64,000 nucleotides of DNA from an uncultured Spirochaetota bacterium (GCA_963781885.1 CAWAHW010000007.1:160001-224000); one strand, 5' to 3'. Numbered from the stretch's first letter, positions 47,176 through 56,377 are shown. Notes: generated from the letters alone by a model not told the origin. Made by a program: numbers and translations.

Positions 47176-47975
47176 AGGAGCCTGCGCGGCGGACCGCCCA
47201 GGCGGAGAAGCAGGCAGCACTCGGCATCCTGGGCGGCGGGTTGGCGCATGAGATCGGCAATCCCAACCAGGTGATCCGGCTCGGCGCGGATTTCTTCGCG
47301 CGCGCGTGGGGCGCGGCGGAGAGCGCGCTCGACCGTTCCGCCCGGGAGGACGCCGACCTGCGCGTGGGCGGCATCCCCTGGCAGCAGGCGCGCGCGGAGG
47401 TGCCTGCCGCGATCGAGAACATTCGCGCGGCCTGCGTGCGGATCGACGCCGTCGTGCGGGGCCTCGTGAGGTTCGCGCGCCCGGACAGCGACGCGCCGCC
47501 GACGCTTCTCGACCTGAATCTCGTCGTCACCGCGGCCCTGACACGGACCACGGCGCTCGTGCGACCCTGCCCGCGGCACATCGCCGTCGATCTTGCGCCG
47601 ACCCTGCCTCCCGTGCGCGGGTGCCTCGCGAAGATGCAGGAGGCGATCGTCAACGTAGTGACCAATGCCTGCCAGTCCCTGCGGTCACCGCAAGACGCGC
47701 TGGGCGTGTCGACCGCCTTTGACGACGGCACCAAAGAAGTGGTACTACTTGTCGTGGATGGTGGTCGCGGGATGAGCCCGGCGCAACTGCAGCAGATCAA
47801 GGATCCATTCTTCACGACGCGGCGCGAATCCGGCGGCCTCGGCCTGGGTGTCCCCATCGCCGATGCCATCATCACCGCGCACGGCGGCTCACTCGCCTAT
47901 GAGTCCACGGAGGGACGCGGCACGACGGCGATCGTGCGGCTTCCCGCGGACCCCGGGCCGGCGGCCGACGCATGA
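47172..47975 (+). CDS. NtrB-type histidine kinase without an input domain
   Basis: EK.AALG.L.GG.AHEIGNP within the first 30 aa, N box NVVTNA, DGG.GM, PFFTT, GLGLG. Confidence 0.88.
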   Translation: MKEPARRTAQAEKQAALGILGGGLAHEIGNPNQVIRLGADFFARAWGAAESALDRSAREDADLRVGGIPWQQARAEVPAAIENIRAACVRIDAVVRGLVRFARPDSDAPPTLLDLNLVVTAALTRTTALVRPCPRHIAVDLAPTLPPVRGCLAKMQEAIVNVVTNACQSLRSPQDALGVSTAFDDGTKEVVLLVVDGGRGMSPAQLQQIKDPFFTTRRESGGLGLGVPIADAIITAHGGSLAYESTEGRGTTAIVRLPADPGPAADA

Positions 47976-49387
47976 CGGACGCCTCCCCCGGCGCCATCTC
48001 CGTCCTCATCGTCGACGACGAGGAGGCGATCCTCCAGACATTCGCGGTCACGCTCCGGTCGGAAGGCATCGCGAACGTCTCCACGGAAAAGGACAGCACG
48101 CGCGTCATGGACCGCATCGCGCGCGAGCCGCCTGGTCTGATCCTCCTTGACCTCACGATGCCGCTCCTGTCCGGCCAGGAGCTGCTCCATCTCATCCACG
48201 AGAGTCATCCCCAGCTTCCGGTGGTCATCGTCACGGGAAACGCGGAGCTCGATACCGCGGTGGCGTGCATGAAGGCCGGCGCGGTGGACTACCTCGTGAA
48301 GCCCATCGATCGTCAGAAGCTCATCTCCACGGTACGCACCTACGGCGAGCTGCGCGAGCTGCGGGAGGAGAACGCCTCCCTCGCCCGGCACCTCTTCACG
48401 CGCACCCTGGAGCGGCCCGAGGTGTTCGAGCAGATCATCACGCGCGATCCGCGCATGCTCGCCCTTTTCCAGTACGTGGAAGCCGTCGCCTTCAGCTCCC
48501 ACCCCGTGCTCCTCACGGGCGAGACGGGGACCGGCAAGGACCTTTTCGCCGCGGCAATCCACCGGGCAAGCGCCCGGCCGGGCGAGCTGGTGACAATCAA
48601 TGCGGCGGGTCTCGATGACACGATGTTTTCGGACGTCCTTTTCGGCCATCGCAAAGGCGCCTTCACGGGGGCGGAGCAGCCGCTGCGCGGTCTCGTGGAG
48701 CGCGCGGGGACGGGCACGCTCTTCCTCGATGAGATCGGCGACCTGAGCCCCGCGTCCCAGGTGAAGCTCCTGCGTCTGGCCGAATCCGGCGAATACTACG
48801 CCCTTGGCACCGACGTCGTGCGCCGCTGCCAGGCGCGTCTGGTCGTGGCCACCAACAGGAACCTGGAGGAGGCCGTCGCGTCGGGGGCGTTCCGCTCGGA
48901 CCTCTATTACCGCCTCTCCACGCATCGCGTCTCGATTCCGCCGCTGCGCAGCCGCACCATGGATCTCCCCCTCCTGGTGGACAAGTTCGTGCAGAGCGCG
49001 GCGGAAGAGCTGGGCAAGGAGCCGCCGCTGGTTCCGCGCGCGCTGCTCGCGCACCTGCGCGTCTATGATTTTCCCGGCAACGTGCGGGAGCTGCGGTCGA
49101 GCATCCTGGACGCCGTGGGACGCCATCGCGAAGGGCCGCTCAGCGTGGAGCTGCCCGGCGAGGGCAATCGTGCCGGGTCCCTGCGGGAAGAGGCGCGGGC
49201 CGTCGTTGGATTCGGAGAATCCCTGCCGACGATCCAGCAATCGGTGCGCATGCTCATCCAGGAGGCGCTCAGCCGGTCGGGCGGAAACCAGACCGCGGCG
49301 GCGCGTCTCCTGGGAATCAGCCAGCAGGCGCTGAGCAAGCGACTGAAGGATTTCTCCCGGAACGAGGAATCGTCCGAAGACGTGTAG
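47972..49387 (+). CDS. Sigma-54-dependent response regulator (NtrC family, REC-AAA+-Fis HTH)
   Basis: IVDDE, LLDLTMP, GETGTGK, GAFTGA, FPGNVREL, GNQTAAARLLGISQQALSKRL. Confidence 0.95.
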   Translation: MTDASPGAISVLIVDDEEAILQTFAVTLRSEGIANVSTEKDSTRVMDRIAREPPGLILLDLTMPLLSGQELLHLIHESHPQLPVVIVTGNAELDTAVACMKAGAVDYLVKPIDRQKLISTVRTYGELRELREENASLARHLFTRTLERPEVFEQIITRDPRMLALFQYVEAVAFSSHPVLLTGETGTGKDLFAAAIHRASARPGELVTINAAGLDDTMFSDVLFGHRKGAFTGAEQPLRGLVERAGTGTLFLDEIGDLSPASQVKLLRLAESGEYYALGTDVVRRCQARLVVATNRNLEEAVASGAFRSDLYYRLSTHRVSIPPLRSRTMDLPLLVDKFVQSAAEELGKEPPLVPRALLAHLRVYDFPGNVRELRSSILDAVGRHREGPLSVELPGEGNRAGSLREEARAVVGFGESLPTIQQSVRMLIQEALSRSGGNQTAAARLLGISQQALSKRLKDFSRNEESSEDV

Positions 49388-49400
49388 AGGCTGCTTGCCG

Positions 49401-49537
49401 ACAACCGACATTGTGTGAGCGCCCCCGGCACGACAACCTGTCTTGTGTCCTGCCTACCTTTGCCAGAACAGGTCGAACTGTAAGCCCTTATGCGAAAAAG
49501 AATTATGCCATACCTGTCGCCCTGGCATGCGGATTGC
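49401..49537 (+). promoter_or_regulatory. Sigma-54 promoter 2 with a tandem upstream activator pair
   Basis: CTGGCATGCGGATTGCA (GG 49524-5). ACAACCnnnnTTGT at 49401 and 49433. Confidence 0.85.
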
Positions 49538-49572
49538 ATTTCAATGCGAATGACAGGTGGGGAGGTGAGCCC

Positions 49573-50133
49573 ATGAGAAGGGTCTGTGCATGGTGCAACA
49601 CGCCAATGAGTGACGACGCGCGCGCGGAAACAAGCGGTGAGCCGATCACGCACGGAATCTGCGATGCTTGCGCGGCTGTTTTCGGCAACCCGTACCGCCG
49701 TGCGCTGCGCGATTTTCTCGATTCGGTAGCGGAGCCCATTCTCGTCGTCGACGTGGCGGGCGTCGTCATCACGGCGAATGCCTGCGCGCGCGCGGCCCTC
49801 GGCAAGGACCTTGCCGACATGGAAGGCTTCCCGGGCGGCGACGTCTTCGAGTGCGTCAACGCGCGGCTCCCCGGCGGATGCGGGCGGACGGTGCACTGCG
49901 CCTCCTGCCAGGTGCGCAGCTCCGTGACCTACACGGTGGAGACGGGGTGCCCGCTCTGCAAGGTCGAGGCCTACCTCGACGTGGCCACCCCGCGGGGCTT
50001 CCAGAGGCGGCGTCTTCTCATTTCGACGGAAAAGGTGGGCGTCACGGTGCTCGTCCGACTGGATGCAATGCAGCCCGCGCTTGCCGGCGAGTTTGCACCC
50101 CTTGGATCCGGCTCTTCTTCCGCCGTGCCGTGA
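49573..50133 (+). CDS. Cys-rich protein: N-terminal CxxC..HGICxxC finger plus a PAS-like domain with a Cys cluster
   Basis: GGAGG RBS, CAWC..THGICDAC, FLD....PILVVD..G.V..AN, ECVNA....GCG...HCASC. Confidence 0.8.
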   Translation: MRRVCAWCNTPMSDDARAETSGEPITHGICDACAAVFGNPYRRALRDFLDSVAEPILVVDVAGVVITANACARAALGKDLADMEGFPGGDVFECVNARLPGGCGRTVHCASCQVRSSVTYTVETGCPLCKVEAYLDVATPRGFQRRRLLISTEKVGVTVLVRLDAMQPALAGEFAPLGSGSSSAVP

Positions 50134-50137
50134 GCGG

Positions 50138-50881
50138 CTAACGGCCCCGCGCCCCGAGGCGCCATCGCCAGCGCGGCTTCGCAAAGCTCGGCCGCGCGTC
50201 GCGACCGGTCACCGGGTTTCCCGGCAGCACGGCAGAGGCGCCCTCGATCCAGACATTGATGTTGCGTGCCACCTCGCCATCCATCGCGATGCTCGCACCG
50301 TCGCATTCGATGACGTAGGACGGATAGGCCTGGTGGAGCTTCACCACCGTCCCGGGCCGGATCTGCAGCGAGGTGAGCCGGTGGAGCTGCTGGTCGCTGC
50401 GCGTGTAGACGTAGGCGACGCGCGCCGTCTGCCCGATGGCGAGCTCCGTGAGGGGCACGATGATCTTCTGCACGTAGCGCGCGGAGATGCGGCAGCATTC
50501 CCCTTCGGGGATGGGGAAGCCGTGCGGGCACTCCCGGGGGTGTCCCAGGAGCGTGCAGATGCCGTCCACGATCTCCGTCGCGAGGATATGCTCGAACTCG
50601 CAGGCCCCGGATTCGAACTCGCGGCCCATGACGTCGTGGATGAGCCGCTCGCCGATGCGGTGCGCGCGGATGAGCCTCTGCGCGTGCGCGATGCCGCTCT
50701 CCGTGAGCGCCACCTGCTCGCCGTCGCGCGTCACGAGGCCGTCCGCCTGCAGCCACTCCAGGTCCCGGGGCTGGAAGCGGTCGCGCAGGGAGGCGCGCAG
50801 CTCGTCCATGCCGGACGCGCCGCGCTCCCGCAGCTGCCACAGCCTTTCCAGCATCTCTTCACGGTCGGTGATCTGGTTCAT
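50138..50881 (-). CDS. DtxR/MntR-family metal-dependent regulator with a FeoA-like SH3 domain
   Basis: EE.LE, LT..G...A..LIR.HRI.ERL, AC.FEH, LGHP..CPHG.PIP, C-terminal PL.EL..G..A.V. Confidence 0.9.
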   Translation of the reverse strand: MNQITDREEMLERLWQLRERGASGMDELRASLRDRFQPRDLEWLQADGLVTRDGEQVALTESGIAHAQRLIRAHRIGERLIHDVMGREFESGACEFEHILATEIVDGICTLLGHPRECPHGFPIPEGECCRISARYVQKIIVPLTELAIGQTARVAYVYTRSDQQLHRLTSLQIRPGTVVKLHQAYPSYVIECDGASIAMDGEVARNINVWIEGASAVLPGNPVTGRDARPSFAKPRWRWRLGARGR

Positions 50882-52882
50882 AGCTTCAGCACCCCCGATG
50901 CAAGGACCAGGAGCCAGTGCACGGCGCCCGTGTAGGCGAATGCCGCGGCATAGATCCCGATCACGATGAAGACGGCCGCGCGCGGGCCGATCTCCTTGAA
51001 CATGGCGGCGATGTTGGCGAAGCACTGGGCGAATGTCGTGAGGAGCACGACGGCGACGATGGCCTGCATGCCGTTGAGAAGCCCTTCGTGCGACATGCGC
51101 AGGATGAAGCCCGCGGCGGCCTCGCTGCGCGCGAAGGTGAGGAGGAGCGCGTCCACCATGTCCAGCGGCAGACCCAGCCACCCGGTGATGAGCGGCCGCA
51201 GCGCCTCCTTGAGGAGCGCCAGGGCGCCAATCTTGTCCAGGACGAACATCGCCAGCGCCGCGGCGATGAATATCGGTATCGCCTCTTTCAGGAACCAGAG
51301 AAGGCGGTAGCCGGTCTTGCGCGCCACGGCGCCCACGCGCGGCATGCGGATGGGCGGCAGCTCCTGGATGAACTGGCTGTCCGTCTCGCCGGGGAGGAAA
51401 CGGTTGAGGAGCAGGCCGGCGGCGACTTCCAGGAGCGCAAGGAAGCCGAATGCGAGGATGAAATACTTCACGCCGTGCTGCCCGAGGATGGCGATGGAGA
51501 GCCCCATCTGCGCCGAGCAGGGTATGGCAAGGCCGATGAGGGCCACGACGATCAGCTTTTCCTTGCGCGACTGCAGTGTGCGCGCCGACATGGTCGCCAT
51601 GGTCTTGCATCCGAACCCGAGCACGAGCGGGATCACCGCGTTGCCCGTGATGCCGATCTTCTCCGATGCCCTCCGCGTGAGGATGGCAAGGTTGGGGAGG
51701 TAGCCGATGTCCTCCAGCAGCCCGAAGACCATGAAGAAGACCGAGAGGATGGGAAGCACCGTCGTGAGCGAGTTGAAGAGCCCCAGCGTCAGGAGGCCGT
51801 GCGGGCCGATCAAAAGGTCGTTCCAGAAGCCGCCCGGGACGATCCGCTGGATGAGGGCAACGACGGGGTCCGTGATCGCCGTCGTGAGCAGAAGGGAAAG
51901 CCCGCCGGCGACATAGACCACCATGATGTAGATGACGCCAAGGAAGAATGCCAGGAGCGGAAGCCCGTAGAGGGGATGCCGGCAGAGGGCGGCGAAGGTC
52001 TGGGAGAAACGCGGCCGCTGTCGCGCCGCGGCGGTGTTCACCGTCACGTGCGCCGCGATCTCGTCCACCCACTGCGTGCGCCGTGCGCTCACCAGGAGCG
52101 GCGCCTTTCCCGCCAGCCGTGCGCGCGTGTCCTCGATGGCGTTGAGCGCGGCCGCCGCGGCGTCGGGCGGGAGGCCGCCGAGCGCGAAGGTGGGGTCGTT
52201 TTCCAGCAGGAGAAGCGCCGAGGATCGGGGGAAGGGGGCCGATGCCGGCAGGAGACCGCTCACGCGGGCAACGGCGGCCTCGGTCTCCTCCCCGTAGGAG
52301 AGCGGCGGCGGTGCCGCGGGCCGCATCCGCAGCGCGCGCCGCAGCTCCGCCATGCCCGGCACCGGGCTCGGGTGAGGAGATGACGGGAACGCCCAGCCGC
52401 CGCGCGAGCGCATCCGGGTCGAGGCGGAGCCCGTCGCGCGCGCTCTCCCCGACCGCGGTGAGCACGAGGACGAGCGGCAGGCCGAGGCCGAGCAGGTCGG
52501 CGGTGAGCAGGAGCGATTCGCGCAGGCGGTGCGTGTCCACGCACTGCACGAGCACGTCGGGCGGCTCGGAGAAAAGCCGCGCGCGCACCACCAGCTCCTC
52601 CTCCGACTGGATGTACAGGCCGTGCAGCCCCGGAGTGTCCGTGACCGCCCACGCCTCCCCGTCGATGGCGCAGTCGTGCGTCTTCACCTCCACGGTGGTC
52701 TGCGGGTAGTTGGACACAAGCTCGTAGGCGCCGGTGAGGCTGTTGCAGAGCTGGCTTTTGCCGCTGTTGGGGAGCCCCGTGACGAGGATGCCGAGCGGGC
52801 GCGGGCGGGGGGAAAGGAGCGGCCCGCCCGCGGCGGGGCGGGGGACCGTGCCCGCGGCGCCCGGCCGACCCGTCTGCCTCAT
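50878..52882 (-). pseudogene. feoB: Ferrous iron transporter B with a +1 frameshift near 52357 (probably a sequencing error)
   Basis: GLPNSGKS, NYP.TT, DTPG in one frame; LED.GYLP, LGFGC, IPCSAQ, FI.ELP in 50878..52413. One extra G in GCCGGGCATG. Confidence 0.88.
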
Positions 52883-52884
52883 TC

Positions 52885-52905
52885 TGAGATTGAGATGCAT
52901 TCTCA
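52885..52905. promoter_or_regulatory. Fur-box-like operator upstream of feoB
   Basis: TGAGATTGAGATGCATTCTCA, 18/21 identical to the palindrome upstream of fur. Confidence 0.75.
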
Positions 52906-52938
52906 TATTGGAGACATGATGACGATGCGCCACGCGCC

Positions 52939-53373
52939 CTACCTTTTCGCCTTGCGGCAGGCGGCGCAGTAGCCGCGGATGCCGAGGTGATGCTCGACGG
53001 GGCGGAAGCCGTGGCGCCGGCAAACCTTGTCCTGCAGCATCTCCAGCTCGTCGTCCTTGAACTCGATGATGCGGCCGCAGGAGATGCACTCCAGGTGATC
53101 GTGGTGATCGCGGCCCCAGGCGGGCTCGTAGCGGGCCCTCCCGCGGGCGCGCAGGGTTTCCGTGATGATGCCGCTCTGCACGAAGAGGGGGAGCGTCCGA
53201 TAGATCGTCGCGCTGGACAAGGTTTCCCCTTTGCGCTTCAGGAGCTCGTGCAGCCCGTCGGCGTCGAAATGCCCGCGGGAGGCGACGATCCCCTGGAGGA
53301 TTGCGCTCCGTGTCGAGGTGAAGGAGAGACCCCTCCTCTTCAGGTATGCGCGAAAGTGCTCCGCCGGTTCCAT
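52939..53373 (-). CDS. fur: Fur-family transcriptional regulator
   Basis: T..R..IL, HF.A, S.ATIYRTL, HHDHL.C..CG.IIEF, GYC..C. Confidence 0.93.
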   Translation of the reverse strand: MEPAEHFRAYLKRRGLSFTSTRSAILQGIVASRGHFDADGLHELLKRKGETLSSATIYRTLPLFVQSGIITETLRARGRARYEPAWGRDHHDHLECISCGRIIEFKDDELEMLQDKVCRRHGFRPVEHHLGIRGYCAACRKAKR

Positions 53374-53374
53374 G

Positions 53375-53423
53375 TGAGATTGATTCTCAATCTCATAATG
53401 GCCCGCCGCGCGGCCCCTGTCAA
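53375..53423 (-). promoter_or_regulatory. fur promoter with an autoregulatory 9-3-9 palindrome
   Basis: TTGACA (53423-18), 17 bp, CATTAT (53400-395). TGAGATTGA-TTC-TCAATCTCA at 53375-53395. Confidence 0.8.
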
Positions 53424-53501
53424 GGGCGTTCGTGCAGGAATGCGCGGGAGCGGGCTCCGTGCCGCGCAAAGGCCGCCCTGCGCCGCACGTCCGCTCCCCG
53501 G

Positions 53502-54341
53502 CTAGACCGCCTTGTCGCGCGGCCGGGGCGCCTCCGGGGCGGCTGCCTCCGTCGGGCGGGGCGCTGCGTCCCGATGCTTCACGAGGCGCGGCATCATGCC
53601 GCGGGACATGGTCTTGCAGCCGCCCTCCGCGTCGATCGTCTGCTGCATCGCCTCGCGCACGGCGGAAGACAGCGCGCGCGCCGCCCGGCGGGGCGAGGCG
53701 CCGGATGACGCCGCGCCCGCCGCATCGGCGGGGAGCGGGAAGACGGGCGTCCCCACGATGACCGATACCCGCGGCGGGATGCGGAAAGCCCGACCCGCGA
53801 TGCGGAGTGTCGCCCTGCCGCGCCAGGAGCGCCGATGGAGGACCGTCGTCACCGGAATGACGGGAACGCGCAACGTGCAGGCAAGGAGGAATGCGCCCGG
53901 GTGGAAGGGCATCAGCTCCTGGTTGCCGCGGTAGCATTCCCCTTCGGGGAAGAAGTGCAGGAATCCAAGCGAATGGAAAGCGCGGTGCGCCGCCGCATCG
54001 AGGATGCGCAGCGCGTCGGGCCTCTCCGGGATGGGCACGCCGCCCAGGAGCCGGACAAATGTGCCCAGCCAGGGGATGAGCGCCGTCTCCTCCAGCATCG
54101 TGAAGTAGGTCCGACGCGGCCGTATCGCGTGCGCGATGATGCCCGGGTCCAGGAGCAGGGTGTGGTTGCTCACGAGGATCGCCCGCTTCACACGGCGCAG
54201 GTTCTCCCGGCCGCGGATGCGGATATCGTAGACGATCCAGTCGAACAGCCGCACGACGGAGACGGCGAAGTGGTAGAGGAGAAAGAAGGGAATGAATGCG
54301 GGGTCAAACCGGATGATGCGGGCACCGTGCGTATATGCCAT
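53502..54341 (-). CDS. PlsC-family lysophospholipid acyltransferase
   Basis: SNHTLLLD (HX4D), FFPEG, F..GAF, PVIPV. Confidence 0.9.
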   Translation of the reverse strand: MAYTHGARIIRFDPAFIPFFLLYHFAVSVVRLFDWIVYDIRIRGRENLRRVKRAILVSNHTLLLDPGIIAHAIRPRRTYFTMLEETALIPWLGTFVRLLGGVPIPERPDALRILDAAAHRAFHSLGFLHFFPEGECYRGNQELMPFHPGAFLLACTLRVPVIPVTTVLHRRSWRGRATLRIAGRAFRIPPRVSVIVGTPVFPLPADAAGAASSGASPRRAARALSSAVREAMQQTIDAEGGCKTMSRGMMPRLVKHRDAAPRPTEAAAPEAPRPRDKAV

Positions 54342-54351
54342 GGAGAGCCTC

Positions 54352-55479
54352 CTAGTGCAGGGTGCGTCCCTTCCAGACGACCCCGTGCCCCGTGACGGAC
54401 TGCGCGAAGCTCCACCACGCCATGTAGAGCAGATGGCCGAAGAGGATGGGGTAGAGGAAGGGCACCCACCATTTCAGGCCCCGGTCGTAGAGAACGAGGG
54501 CCCATGCGAAAAGGAAAAGTCCGACGCAGAGCAGCGAGCGATCCGCACCCGCGATGCCGATCAGCGCCTGGACGGGCAGGAGCGCGAGTGGCAGCATGAC
54601 GAAGCCGACGAGCAGCGTCAGGGCCGCGGCGAAAAGGACCGACCGTGTGCGGGCGATATCGTAGATGTTCTTCGAGACGCCGGCGAAAGAGGCGCGGTAG
54701 CCGTCGTACATCCGGCAGCGCACGTGCCGGCGGATGTCGAGGAAGACCTCGCGGTAGCCCGCCTTCTTCAGCTCGCGCGCGATGGCGAGGTCGTCGGTGA
54801 TCGTGCCGCGCACGCGCGTGTAGCCCCCGATCGATTCGAAGGCGGCGCGGCGGAACACGATCACCTGCCCGATGGCGAATGAGAGCGCGGGAGAGCGCAG
54901 CGGCGCGATCAGCCAGAGGGGGAGCAGCATGGCGGACATGATGTAGGTGGCGGGCACGATGAAGTGCTCGCCGAGGCTTTCCATGTCCTGGTGCACGTAC
55001 CCCGACAGGCAGTCGGCGCGGTGAAACTCGATGTTCGTCACGACCCAGGCGAGGCTTTCCGCTCCGTGCACGGTGTCGGCGTCGGTGAACATCAGGTACT
55101 CGCCGCGCGCCTGGCCCGCGAGCTGCTGCATCGCGTGCGGCTTGCCCAGCCAGCCCGTGTCGGCAAGCGGCGCGCCGCGCACGGCGCGGACCTTTCCCGG
55201 GTAGCGATCGGCGTAGCCCGCGAGGATGCCCCACGTGTCGTCGGTTGACTGGTCGTCGAGCACGACGATCTCGTAATTGTCGTAGGTCTGCCGGAGGAGC
55301 GAATCCAGGCACGCCGCGATGTTCTTCTCTTCGTTTCGTGCCGGTATGAGGACGGATACCTTCCTGCCGCGCCGCACGCGCGGTGCCCGGGAGCTGAGAC
55401 GGAGCCACGCGATATTGGAGAGAGAGAGGAAAACAAAATAGATGGTTCCGAGCAGAAGGGCCGATCGCACGAGCCACAT
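54352..55479 (-). CDS. GT2 glycosyltransferase (carotenoid/hopanoid glucosyltransferase-like)
   Basis: VSVLIPARNEE, DDQSTD, GW.GKP.A, FTDAD, DD..LAR, CRMY. Confidence 0.88.
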   Translation of the reverse strand: MWLVRSALLLGTIYFVFLSLSNIAWLRLSSRAPRVRRGRKVSVLIPARNEEKNIAACLDSLLRQTYDNYEIVVLDDQSTDDTWGILAGYADRYPGKVRAVRGAPLADTGWLGKPHAMQQLAGQARGEYLMFTDADTVHGAESLAWVVTNIEFHRADCLSGYVHQDMESLGEHFIVPATYIMSAMLLPLWLIAPLRSPALSFAIGQVIVFRRAAFESIGGYTRVRGTITDDLAIARELKKAGYREVFLDIRRHVRCRMYDGYRASFAGVSKNIYDIARTRSVLFAAALTLLVGFVMLPLALLPVQALIGIAGADRSLLCVGLFLFAWALVLYDRGLKWWVPFLYPILFGHLLYMAWWSFAQSVTGHGVVWKGRTLH

Positions 55480-55662
55480 GTTTTCCCCCGTTCGTTCTCA
55501 GCCGCTATTACATCGACACACAATGCATAGACAGGCTATGTAATAATAGTCAAGGGGGAGATGTGCCGTCAACCTGGATCGACGTCATGACTTTGTCAGT
55601 CGGAGTACGTGTTATTTCTGGGCGGGAGGCGGATTATTCCGCCTGTTTGCCGATAAGGAGGC

Positions 55663-55845
55663 ATGATGTCAGGAATTGCGAGCTCATCGCCCGTAGACCT
55701 CGCGAGATCCCTCGATGAGTTGGGCGCGGTCCTTCAGAACGCGCAGGGCCAGGCTTCCCAGCTCGCCGAAAAGCTTCTCAAAGCCGGCGTTCAGCAGGCC
55801 GTCCAGGACGATGCGCTCGGCACGCTCATCGACACGTCCGCCTGA
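55663..55845 (+). CDS. Small YjfB-like (putative motility) protein
   Basis: AAGGAGG RBS, C-terminal LG..ID..A, GCCGATAA just upstream. Confidence 0.6.
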   Translation: MMSGIASSSPVDLARSLDELGAVLQNAQGQASQLAEKLLKAGVQQAVQDDALGTLIDTSA

Positions 55846-55927
55846 AGCAAGGCCGTCCTCCGCGTCGGTGCCGCGCGCGGCGAGGCCGGTTGGCAGGGGC
55901 GGCGTCATCCTGCTACACTCCAAACTC

Positions 55928-56377
55928 ATGACTATCACGCGTGTGCTGCTCAGGTTTCGCGACAGGGATTTTCTGTTTCGGACGATCCTGGTCCTCCTTC
56001 TTTTCTCCCTCGTTCCCCTGGCCGAGATTTTCCTGTTCGTGCTCCTGGGGAACGTGATCGGCAACTACCTCGTTCTCCTCTGTGCCGTGGTCGTGGGGCT
56101 GGTCGGGGGATACGTCGCCCTGACGCAGGCCCGACGCGCCGAGGCGCGGTTGCGCGAACGCGTGGCGGCCGGCGCCTGGCCCGGTCGGGAGATTGCCGAT
56201 TTCCTCGGCTGCGTCGCCGCGGCCATTCTCCTCATCACGCCCGGCTTCATCACCGATTGCGCCGGCCTGCTCCTGCTCATCCCGGCCCTGCGGCGCGCCG
56301 TGGGACGCATGCTCGCCGCGCGGCTTTCGACCGGCTTCAAGGAGCTCTACGACCTGCTTGTGCTGTCACGACTGTGA
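55928..56377 (+). CDS. fxsA: FxsA family membrane protein
   Basis: VPLAEI, LLITPGFITD..GLLLLIP..R. Confidence 0.88.
   Translation: MTITRVLLRFRDRDFLFRTILVLLLFSLVPLAEIFLFVLLGNVIGNYLVLLCAVVVGLVGGYVALTQARRAEARLRERVAAGAWPGREIADFLGCVAAAILLITPGFITDCAGLLLLIPALRRAVGRMLAARLSTGFKELYDLLVLSRL

Noticed and set aside
50138-53089. 983-aa FeoB-DtxR fusion suggested by the ORF track
   Set aside because: Artefact of the feoB frameshift. The middle is an out-of-frame read of feoB, and dtxR has its own ATG at 50881 overlapping the feoB stop.
55628-55656. Sigma-28 (FliA) promoter for the YjfB-like gene
   Set aside because: Perfect -10 GCCGATAA, but no TAAA -35 at the expected spacing and it overlaps the RBS. 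Suggestive only.
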